Assembly: GCA_947449135.1 (NCBI GenBank)
Contig: CANFQO010000001.1
Coordinates: 84,946-148,945, forward strand
Direction of reading: 5' to 3'
DNA: 64,000 nucleotides
Source: Planctomycetaceae bacterium
GTDB lineage: Bacteria; Planctomycetota; Planctomycetia; Pirellulales; UBA1268
Positions 12,601 through 19,529 of the stretch are shown here, piece after piece. Made by a program: the position numbers and the translations under genes. Each line of letters starts with the position of its first letter. Position 1 is the stretch's first letter. A model generated the notes under the pieces. It was not told the DNA's origin. It saw only the letters and a program-made list of their open reading frames with translations, and ran no database searches.

Positions 12601-12993
12601 CCACCGCTTGACGAGATCGACCTGTTCGTCAGCGAGCCGGCCAATCTTGGCGTCGGGCGGCGGCATGACCACATCGGGATCGGTCGAGACGATCCGTGCG
12701 ACCATTTCGCTCAGGTCGATATTCCCAGGCACGATGGCCCGGCCGCCGCTCTCCAGTTCGCGGGTGGCCTGCTCAGCAACGTCGAGCCGGAGCCCGGCCT
12801 GCCGCTTGCCGCTGTCTGGGCCGTGGCAGGCGAAGCAGTTGTCGGAGAGGATCTGCCTGATGTCGCGGTTGAACGAAATGCTTGACCGCGGTTCGGGGGT
12901 GGCGGCCTGCACTTCTGCAGACGCCAATACCACAACCGCCACTGCCAGCGCAGCGGCCGATCGCAGATGCAAAGCGTGGGCCGAACAACGCAT
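9649..12993 (-). CDS. Planctomycete cytochrome-c / DUF1549 / LamG / DUF1553 giant protein
   Basis: Signal peptide, then N-terminal CxxCH (NCFACHGPD) and a DUF1549-type [11 protein letters not shown] motif. A central concanavalin/LamG-like insert follows (FTVSLWLKA...VFVNGHPA...DDFRVFDRRLS), then a DUF1553-type C-terminus (NRIWQSLFGLGLV...). Confidence 0.88.
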   Translation of the reverse strand: MRCSAHALHLRSAAALAVAVVVLASAEVQAATPEPRSSISFNRDIRQILSDNCFACHGPDSGKRQAGLRLDVAEQATRELESGGRAIVPGNIDLSEMVARIVSTDPDVVMPPPDAKIGRLADEQVDLVKRWIAEGAAYEPHWAFVPVYKPEIPAASAQPDAASGLHPIDRIVRAKMAQRGIKPQPEADKTTLIRRASFDITGLPPTPDEVAAFLTDASPNAYEKLLDRLLANPRYGERMAADWMDLARYSDSYGFQVDRERPMWPWRDWVIAAFNDNLPWDQFTTWQLAGDLLPHATDEQILATAFNRLHQQECEGGSVEEEYRVNSVNDRVTTFGTAFLGLTLECCRCHDHKFDPLSQREFYQFFAFFDDVDEAGLYSFFTPAVPTPKLRLVDDAMATSLARADEAAAEAEAEMVRVEAVARARVADWIAGRAEMPVGLGGEQASTIPGELVRYSFDARREDGRFASLLDPEPQAQPVVPDEPVDGTTAEAEKSPQEKVDKPKDHAATSPPENVLVEGHTGAAVKLTGDDPVQTPVGNFRRSEPFTVSLWLKAPSRYERAVIFHRSQAWTDAASRGYELLVLDGHLQWSLIHYWPGDAIAVRVAEPLPVGEWVHVAVSNDGSSKAAGLKVFVNGHPAATEVVRDSLTREITGGGGDHIRIGERMRDHGFKDGLVDDFRVFDRRLSPLEVRDLFQPGAIHAVLSAKQDAELLGGYWAAAFDEAAAVKRTALEDTRRARDDLAEKPQEIMVMRELSQPKPAYVLNRGDYDKRGEPVQPDTPAALPPFPADQPRNRLGLARWLTDPNHPLLARVTVNRIWQSLFGLGLVKSPEDLGSQSTRPEYPEVLDCLAWEFSHGFSSVVAGPVAPAWDMKQLMKTIMLSQTYRQRSMADAQVMADDPLNLWLARGPRHRLPAEMIRDGILSSCGLLIDKTGGPPVNTYDLPESFKPAAADKGESLYRRSLYTFWRRTGPAPVLESFDVPKRVVCVAKRDATNTPLHAYVLMNGPQFVEAARVLAEKLLVEYPENNSAGRVDSMLGKAFELLTSRQPDDEEREILRRMHAEQLDWYRAHPDDAGKLVSIGDTTPNTALPAVDVAAVTGVVNALMNYDGCVVKR

Positions 12994-13211
12994 GGAACGC
13001 CTTCCTGTCGAGATGCCCTGAGTATGCCGTGCGCAGCCACTTTGAGCAAGAAAACTGGGCGATTCGCATCACCAACACCGCTCCTTCAGCCCGGCTCCAC
13101 TGCTGCGACAGCGATTGGCTCCGGATCGCTTGGGGCGTCGGGTAGGATGCGGCGAAATAAATTTGGTGGCCTGTCTCGGCGACACTCACCCCTCGCAAGG
13201 AATCCCGTCCC

Positions 13212-14078
13212 ATGGCATCCGGCTTCAAGTCCGAGCTGACCGGCAGCTTTTCCAGCCCCTGCAACGACAATCCCACAGTCGTGATGATCGAGGCGGCCTA
13301 TCGCCACCTGGGCCTTGACTGGCGGTACATCAACGCGGAGGTGCAGCCTGACGGACTCGCCGCCGCGATTGCCGGCGCCCGCGCGATGGGCTGGCGAGGT
13401 TTTAATCTCTCGATGCCGCACAAGGTGGCGGTGATCCCGCACCTCGACGGCCTCGGCGAGAGCGCGAGGCTGATCAATGCCGTCAACTGCGTCGTGCGGC
13501 GTGGCGAGACGCTCATCGGCGAGAACACCGACGGCAAGGGGTTTCTTTCGTCACTCATGCCGATACGCGACCCACGCGGCACGCATGTGATGCTTCTCGG
13601 CGCCGGCGGTGCCGCCCGGGCGATCGCCGTGGAACTGGTGCTGGCGGGCGTCCGAAGACTGTCCATCGTCAATCGCTCGGTGGCTCGGGGCGAGGAACTG
13701 GCTACGCTCGTGCGGGCGGCCAAGCCGATCGAGGTGACAGCGAGCGTCTGGACCGGTGATGTGGCAATTCCTGCCGATGTCGACGTGCTCGTCAACTGCA
13801 CGAGCATTGGTCTGGGCGACGCAACCGCCCGTGTTCCGGTCGCTGCCAACACCCTGCGGAGCGATCTGATCGTTGCCGATGTGATCCCCAATCCACCGCG
13901 AACACGGTTTTTGGCGGAGTCTGCCGCGGCCGGTTGCCGGATCATCGACGGCCTGGGCATGCTTACCGGCCAGGGGCTTCTCGGCATCGGCTATTGGACC
14001 GGGATGGACGTCACGACAACCGCAGCCGCCGAGTTGGCGGCCACCATGCGGAAGTCGCTTCAGGAGGTGTTTGCATGA
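13212..14078 (+). CDS. aroE: Shikimate dehydrogenase
   Basis: Blocks GFNLSMPHKVAVIPHLD, NAVNCVV, GENTDGKGF and the Rossmann motif LLGAGGAARAIA match AroE. Confidence 0.88.
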   Translation: MASGFKSELTGSFSSPCNDNPTVVMIEAAYRHLGLDWRYINAEVQPDGLAAAIAGARAMGWRGFNLSMPHKVAVIPHLDGLGESARLINAVNCVVRRGETLIGENTDGKGFLSSLMPIRDPRGTHVMLLGAGGAARAIAVELVLAGVRRLSIVNRSVARGEELATLVRAAKPIEVTASVWTGDVAIPADVDVLVNCTSIGLGDATARVPVAANTLRSDLIVADVIPNPPRTRFLAESAAAGCRIIDGLGMLTGQGLLGIGYWTGMDVTTTAAAELAATMRKSLQEVFA

Positions 14079-15337
14079 ACCGGTATTCATTCACGATTTC
14101 AAGCATGATTCCGAGCCTCGCAGGGATCGCGCTCGTGGCGGCGTTGACTTCAGGGCAGGGGAGGGCGGCCGACGTGCAGCCCGAGGAGCGGACGATCAGC
14201 TCCCAGCCGTCCTGGATCCTCTCCAACGACACTGTCGAGGTGGCCGTCACAAAACTCGGCGGCCACATGGCGCCGGTCACGTTCGATCGCAAGGCCGCGG
14301 CGCCGATTCGGCCCTATCACATCTCGCCTTGGCAGGACGAAGGCCTGAAGGATCTTCCAGCCGCGGTGCTCGTGCCGTTGCGGGGCGACTTTTTCTGCAT
14401 GCCGTTCGGGGGCAATGCCGAGGCCAAGGGCACTGAACAGCACGTGCCCCACGGCGAGTCGGCGACGGAGACGTGGAAGCTTGCCGGTCGCCAACGCGAG
14501 GCCAATGGCACCGAAACGCTGACGCTCACACTCGCGACGAAGGTTCGTCCGGGGACCGTCACGAAGCATCTGATGCTCACCCCAGGCCAGCCGGTTGTCT
14601 ACACCAGGCACGTGATCGAGGGGTTTGCGGGCCCCGTCCCGCTTGGCCACCACGCCACGCTCGCCATGCCCGAGGAGGAGGGCACTATCGCGGTCTCGGT
14701 CAGCCCCTTCCGACTAGGCATGACCTGCCCCGGGGTCTTCAGCGATCCGGCCAAGGCCGAATACCAGTCGCTGGCAAGCGGCGAGGTATTCACCGATCTC
14801 TCGCGGGTGCCGAGCCGCTGGAAGCAGCCCGCAGATGTCGACTGTTCGCGGTTCCCCGTGCGTCGCGGCTACGCCGACCTGCTCGCGGTGGTTGCCGACG
14901 AGAAAGCCTTGGCTGGAAGGCCCGCCTGGACGGCCGCCGTGAATACCCGCGACCACTGGGTCTGGTTCTCGCTGCGTGACCCCCGTGTGCTGCCCACCAC
15001 CGTCTTCTGGATCGAAAACCGCGGCCGCCACGGTGTGCCGTGGAACGGCCGCAACAGCTGCCTCGGGCTCGAGGATGTCTGTGCGTATTTCGCGGAGGGA
15101 TTCGTGCCCTCGATCACGCCCAACCCGCTCTCGCAGCAGGGCATCCGCACGGCGATCGAACTCGACGCCAAGAAGCCGACAGAGATCCGCTCCGCCCAGG
15201 GGGCGGTTCACGTGCCGGCCGGCTTCGACCGTGTGAAGACGATCGATTTCACGCAGGCGGATCGCATCAGTCTCGTTTCGGAATCCGGTCTCACGGTCAC
15301 CGTGCCGGTGCGGCACGATTTCGTCCTCACACGGTGA
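14075..15337 (+). CDS. Secreted hypothetical protein, possibly galactose-mutarotase-like fold
   Basis: Start ATG 14075 overlaps the aroE stop (ATGA) and is preceded by AGGAGG. Signal peptide MNRYSFTISSMIPSLAGIALVAALTSG. Weak aldose-epimerase-like pattern (VPHGESATETWKL; beta-rich). The fold call is tentative. Confidence 0.5.
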   Translation: MNRYSFTISSMIPSLAGIALVAALTSGQGRAADVQPEERTISSQPSWILSNDTVEVAVTKLGGHMAPVTFDRKAAAPIRPYHISPWQDEGLKDLPAAVLVPLRGDFFCMPFGGNAEAKGTEQHVPHGESATETWKLAGRQREANGTETLTLTLATKVRPGTVTKHLMLTPGQPVVYTRHVIEGFAGPVPLGHHATLAMPEEEGTIAVSVSPFRLGMTCPGVFSDPAKAEYQSLASGEVFTDLSRVPSRWKQPADVDCSRFPVRRGYADLLAVVADEKALAGRPAWTAAVNTRDHWVWFSLRDPRVLPTTVFWIENRGRHGVPWNGRNSCLGLEDVCAYFAEGFVPSITPNPLSQQGIRTAIELDAKKPTEIRSAQGAVHVPAGFDRVKTIDFTQADRISLVSESGLTVTVPVRHDFVLTR

Positions 15338-15351
15338 ACGAGGGTTCGACC

Positions 15352-16356
15352 ATGGCCTCCAGAAGCCCGCTCAGGATCTGTATCGCGACCTATGTCGCGC
15401 TGACTGCCTGCGGGCTGTTCTTCGGCTGCCGGCCAGCCGTAGACGCAGTGCCACGGACCGGTGGTTCGAGGGGCACGATCGGCGTGTCTCTGCTGGCGCT
15501 CGACAACCCCTTCTTCAAGGTGATTGGCGACGCCATCACGGCCGAGGGGTCCAGGCAGGGGTTCGAGACGATCGTCGTCAGCGCCGACAAGGACGTTGCC
15601 CGGCAGGGGAATCAGATCAAGGACTTCATCGTGTCGAAGGCGGCGGCCATCGTGCTCTCGCCCTGTGATTCCAAGTCGATCATTCCGGTGATCCGCGAGG
15701 CCAATGCGGCGGGCATCCCCGTCTTCACGGTCGACATTCCCTGCAACGAACCGGGCGTCGTGATTGCCACGCAGGTCGCCACCGACAATGAGGGGGGCGG
15801 CCGCGAGGCGGGGCTCGCGATGATCGAAGCGCTCGGTGAGGCCGGCGGCAAGATTGCCGTGCTCCATTTCAAGCAGGCGGAATCATGCCAGCTGCGTGTG
15901 AAGGGATTTCGTGCGGTGATCGAGGCCCACAACGCCGCCGCGGCAGCGAAGATCGACATCGTCACGGAATTGGAGAGCAATGCCGCCAAGGACACGGGCT
16001 ACAAGGCGATGGAGGACGCGCTGCAGGCATTTCCCGACCTCCGCGGCGTGTTCGCGATCAATGATCCGGCGGCGCTCGGCGCACGGGCGGCGCTCGAGAA
16101 GGCCGGCAAGGCCGATCAGGTGAAGATCATCGGCTTCGACGGCCAGCCCGAGGGAAAGCAGGCGATCCGCGACGGCAAGATCTACGCCGACCCGATCCAA
16201 TTTCCCGACAAGATGGGCTCGCAGACCGTCGAAGCGATCGTCCGCTGGTCCAAGGGGGAATCCCTTCCGCCGCAGACGCTCATTCCGACCAGCCTCTACC
16301 GCAAGGCCGATGCCGAGCGGGATCCCACACTCAATGCGGAAGCGGGCCGTCCATGA
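15352..16356 (+). CDS. Sugar ABC transporter substrate-binding lipoprotein (RbsB-like)
   Basis: Lipobox-like LTACGLFFGC. The periplasmic-binding-protein type I pattern is IGVSLLALDNPFFKVIGDAI...IVLSPCDSKSIIPVIREANAAGIPVFTVD. Confidence 0.85.
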   Translation: MASRSPLRICIATYVALTACGLFFGCRPAVDAVPRTGGSRGTIGVSLLALDNPFFKVIGDAITAEGSRQGFETIVVSADKDVARQGNQIKDFIVSKAAAIVLSPCDSKSIIPVIREANAAGIPVFTVDIPCNEPGVVIATQVATDNEGGGREAGLAMIEALGEAGGKIAVLHFKQAESCQLRVKGFRAVIEAHNAAAAAKIDIVTELESNAAKDTGYKAMEDALQAFPDLRGVFAINDPAALGARAALEKAGKADQVKIIGFDGQPEGKQAIRDGKIYADPIQFPDKMGSQTVEAIVRWSKGESLPPQTLIPTSLYRKADAERDPTLNAEAGRP

Positions 16357-17885
16357 GCGAAGCCATAAACGGCAACGCTCCGATATATTCTCGGCCGCCT
16401 GCGGGGGAGCCGCTGCTGGTGATGCAGGGAATCGTCAAGTCATTCCCCGGCGTGCAGGCGCTCCGCGGCGTCGATCTGGATGTATCCGCTGGTGAGGTGC
16501 TTGCCCTCCTGGGCGAGAACGGTGCCGGAAAAAGCACGCTCATCAAGGTGCTTGGCGGTGCCTACGCCCCCGACCAGGGCGTTTTGAAGCTCGACGGCCG
16601 CGAGGTCGCCTTCCGGTCGCCGCAGGAGGCCCGGGCGGCGGGAATTGCGATGATTCACCAGGAGTTCAACCTGGTTCCGGGGCTGACAGCAGCTGAAAAC
16701 ATCTTCCTGGGCCAGGAGTCTGGCCTGGCGGGATTCGTGCCGCATCGCGAGGAGCGACGACTGGCCGCTGAACTTTTTCGCCGGCTCGGCGCGACAATCG
16801 ATCTCGACGTCCCATGCTCACGCCTGACAACCGCGCAGCAGCAACTCGTCGAGATCGCCCGGGCACTGGCCCGTGAGGCAAGGATCATCGTCATGGACGA
16901 GCCGACGGCAGCCCTGACGGCAGCCGAAGTCAATCGACTCTTCGAGATCATCCGTGATCTTGCGAAGCGTGGTATCGCCGTCATCTATATCAGCCACCGC
17001 CTGGACGAAATCTTCGCGTTGGCCCAGCGCGTGGTGGTGCTCCGCGATGGCCGGAATGTGGGCACCCTGCCGACCGCGGGGCTTGGTCGCACAGAACTGA
17101 TCGAGATGATGGTGGGCCGCGAACTGGCTGACGAATATCCGCGGCGTTCGGTGAATCTCGGGCCACCTCGGCTGACCGTCGCCGGCCTCTGCCGGGGCAG
17201 GGCGGTTCGCGACGTGTCGTTCACGGTGCGGGCTGGTGAGATCCTGGCGATTGCGGGCCTCGTGGGCGCGGGCCGCACCGAAACGCTGCGGCTCATCTTC
17301 GGCGCCGACGCCCGCGATGCGGGCGAGATCTCGCTCGACGGCCGGCGACTCGACATCCGCTCTCCTCGGGATGCTATCGCGGCCGGCATCGGCCTGCTCA
17401 CGGAGGATCGCAAACTGCAGGGGCTCGTGCTCGGCCAATCGGTTCGCGACAATTTTACATTGCCGAATCTCGACACACTCGCTCGGTATGGCTTCATCGA
17501 TGGCCACCGTGAGCGCACGGCGTTCGGCCGTCACGTGGATGGGCTCCGCATCAAGGTTTCGAACCAGGATCAGCAGGCCCGGCACCTCTCCGGCGGCAAC
17601 CAGCAAAAAGTGGTGCTCGCCAAGTGGCTCGAACGCGATTGTGAAGTGCTCTTCTTCGACGAGCCGACCCGCGGCATCGACGTCGGCGCACGGCACGAGA
17701 TCTACCTGCTCATGAACGACCTGGCGGCCCGCGGCAAGGCGATCGTGATGGTCAGCTCCGAGCTGCCCGAGGTGCTCGGCATGGCCGATCGAATCCTCGT
17801 CATGCATGACGGCCGGATCACCGGCGAGCTTTTGAACGGCCCTGACGTCACACAGGATCAGGTTATGCGGCTGGCGATGGCCTGA
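16353..17885 (+). CDS. Sugar ABC transporter ATP-binding protein (duplicated ABC domains, RbsA-like)
   Basis: First-half Walker A GENGAGKST, signature LTTAQQQLVEIARAL and Walker B IIVMDEPTA. The second ABC domain has LSGGNQQKVVLAKWL and LFFDEPTRGIDVGA. It overlaps the upstream gene by 4 nt. Confidence 0.92.
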   Translation: MSEAINGNAPIYSRPPAGEPLLVMQGIVKSFPGVQALRGVDLDVSAGEVLALLGENGAGKSTLIKVLGGAYAPDQGVLKLDGREVAFRSPQEARAAGIAMIHQEFNLVPGLTAAENIFLGQESGLAGFVPHREERRLAAELFRRLGATIDLDVPCSRLTTAQQQLVEIARALAREARIIVMDEPTAALTAAEVNRLFEIIRDLAKRGIAVIYISHRLDEIFALAQRVVVLRDGRNVGTLPTAGLGRTELIEMMVGRELADEYPRRSVNLGPPRLTVAGLCRGRAVRDVSFTVRAGEILAIAGLVGAGRTETLRLIFGADARDAGEISLDGRRLDIRSPRDAIAAGIGLLTEDRKLQGLVLGQSVRDNFTLPNLDTLARYGFIDGHRERTAFGRHVDGLRIKVSNQDQQARHLSGGNQQKVVLAKWLERDCEVLFFDEPTRGIDVGARHEIYLLMNDLAARGKAIVMVSSELPEVLGMADRILVMHDGRITGELLNGPDVTQDQVMRLAMA

Positions 17886-17919
17886 AGCCGCGCCTGCCCC
17901 CCAGAAAGGTTTTCATCGT

Positions 17920-19239
17920 ATGCAGTCCCTGCTTCGCCGCTTCGCCTCCGACTACGGGATGCTCGCCGTGCTCCTGCTGCTGGGCATCGTCTTCAGCGGA
18001 CTCACGCTCCAGGAGCAGCCGGCCACTGACACCGCTGCCGCCAGGCGATTGGTCGCGTCGATCCGGCGTCAGGTGCCGGAGAAGGCCCACGTGCTGGTGG
18101 CGGTTCGGCAGACGCCGGAGGACACGCTTCTCGCCGAATCGCTCACCCGGGAGATCGTCGCGGCAGGCATGGAGGTGGCCGATGTCGTCCGCGGCGAACC
18201 GCAGGCTGTCAGGGCGGCGCTCGACAGGATCAGCACGGCAGGCGGCCGTCTCGACGCAGTGGCGGCGACGGAGCGAACCAGCTCATGGCTCGTGCTGTCG
18301 GAGATGAGGGAGATTTTTCCGGCCCTCGGCCAGCCGCCGATCTTTGTGCCGGAAAGCTATCGGTGGCCCAACTTCCTCAAGGCCGACAACCTTCTCAACA
18401 TCGCCAACCAGATCGCGGTGATCGCGATCATGGCGATCGGCATGACGATGGTGATCATCGCCGGCGGCATCGACCTCTCCGTAGGCAGCCTCGCGGCACT
18501 GTCGGCTGTGTTGGCCGCCCGACTGATTCGCGATCAGTGCGGCGGCGTCGAAGCATCCGCAGCCGGCATGGTCATCGCCTGCGCTGCCGCGATCGCCCTC
18601 TGCGGACTGCTCGGCGGCCTTTCCGGGGCGGTGATCACGCTCTTCGGCGTGCCCCCATTCATCGTGACGCTGGCAATGATGCTCGTCGCGAGCGGGCTCG
18701 CCTATCTCGCCTCGGCCGGCCAGTCGATCTACCAGCTTCCGGAGGCGTTCGTCTGGCTCGGCCGCGGATCGGGGCTTTTTGGCCTGCCGCACGCTGTCGT
18801 GCTGATGTTTCTGCTCTACGCGGCAGCGCATGTGCTCATGTCGCGAACCACCCTCGGCCGCTACCTCTACGCCGTTGGCGGCAACAGTGAGGCGGCACGC
18901 CTCTCGGGCGTGCCCGTTCGCCGCGTGCTGCTATTCGCCTACATCGTCTGCGGCCTGCTGGCCGGATTGGGTGGCGTGATCATGGCCTCACAGCTCAAGA
19001 GCGGCTCGCCCACCTACGGAAACATGTACGAGCTCTACGTGATCGCAGCAGTCGTGGTGGGTGGAACCGCCCTATCGGGAGGCGAAGGAAAAATCTTCGG
19101 CACGCTCATCGGCGCCTTCATCATCGCCGTGATCCAGAACGGCATGAACCTGACGAACATCGAGAGCTACACGCAAAAGGTCGTGTTGGGTCTGGTCATC
19201 CTCGCGGCCGTCCTCATCGACCGGATCCGACACCGGTAG
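17920..19239 (+). CDS. Sugar ABC transporter permease (RbsC-like) with about 120-aa insertion after TM1
   Basis: The C-terminal 300 aa match the BPD_transp_2 pattern (NIANQIAVIAIMAIGMTMVIIAGGIDLSVG...YAVGGNSEAARLSGV...). An extra soluble segment lies between the first TM and the conserved core. Confidence 0.88.
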   Translation: MQSLLRRFASDYGMLAVLLLLGIVFSGLTLQEQPATDTAAARRLVASIRRQVPEKAHVLVAVRQTPEDTLLAESLTREIVAAGMEVADVVRGEPQAVRAALDRISTAGGRLDAVAATERTSSWLVLSEMREIFPALGQPPIFVPESYRWPNFLKADNLLNIANQIAVIAIMAIGMTMVIIAGGIDLSVGSLAALSAVLAARLIRDQCGGVEASAAGMVIACAAAIALCGLLGGLSGAVITLFGVPPFIVTLAMMLVASGLAYLASAGQSIYQLPEAFVWLGRGSGLFGLPHAVVLMFLLYAAAHVLMSRTTLGRYLYAVGGNSEAARLSGVPVRRVLLFAYIVCGLLAGLGGVIMASQLKSGSPTYGNMYELYVIAAVVVGGTALSGGEGKIFGTLIGAFIIAVIQNGMNLTNIESYTQKVVLGLVILAAVLIDRIRHR

Positions 19240-19269
19240 AGCGAGTGCTTCGGACCTTGAGTGGCCCAA

Positions 19270-19377
19270 ACCGCCGGGGGCGGTGAAAGACTGCGTCCGC
19301 CGTCACGGCGGCGGAGGGGCTCCGACTCGGGGGCAGGATAGCCCAACTCGCTCCGGCTTCCACCGACCCCCGGCTCC
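19270..19377. repeat. GC-rich intergenic repeat, copy 1 (long variant)
   Basis: By hand alignment, 19289-19377 matches 52696-52783 at 81 of 89 aligned positions. It shares the ordered blocks CGGGGGCGG / CGGGGGC / GCCCAAC / GCTTCC(A/G)CCGACCCCC with 24754-24847. Confidence 0.8.
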
Positions 19378-19419
19378 TTGAATGGTTTTAGCTGTAGCGA
19401 CGAACTGGCGGAGCTAAAG

Positions 19420-19513
19420 ACGTAGGCGAGGGGGTCGGCGGAAGCTCGAGGAGCGTTGGGCCGCCGCGGCCCCCGCGACGAGACTTTTGCCGCCCCCGAA
19501 GCCGGTGCGAGAC
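19420..19513. repeat. GC-rich intergenic repeat, copy 2 (short variant, inverted); left arm of 94-bp perfect inverted repeat
   Basis: Exact reverse complement of 24754-24847 (94/94, compared base by base). It is also an imperfect inverted partner of copy 1 located 42 nt away. Confidence 0.95.
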
Positions 19514-19529
19514 CTTGGTCAGATGCGCT

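Noticed and set aside
13934-14074. 5' extensions of ORFs 13934-15337, 15040-16356, 47082-48122 and 58898-61540
   Set aside because: In each case an internal ATG with an upstream AGGAG-like sequence is followed directly by a signal peptide or the conserved N-terminus. The extensions also overlap the preceding gene or the relic.
19240-19529. Possible tRNA/sRNA gene or CRISPR-like array in the repeat-filled gap
   Set aside because: I could trace no cloverleaf. There are only two units, in inverted (not direct) orientation and with no spacers. I kept it as a repeat element, with no claim of an RNA gene.
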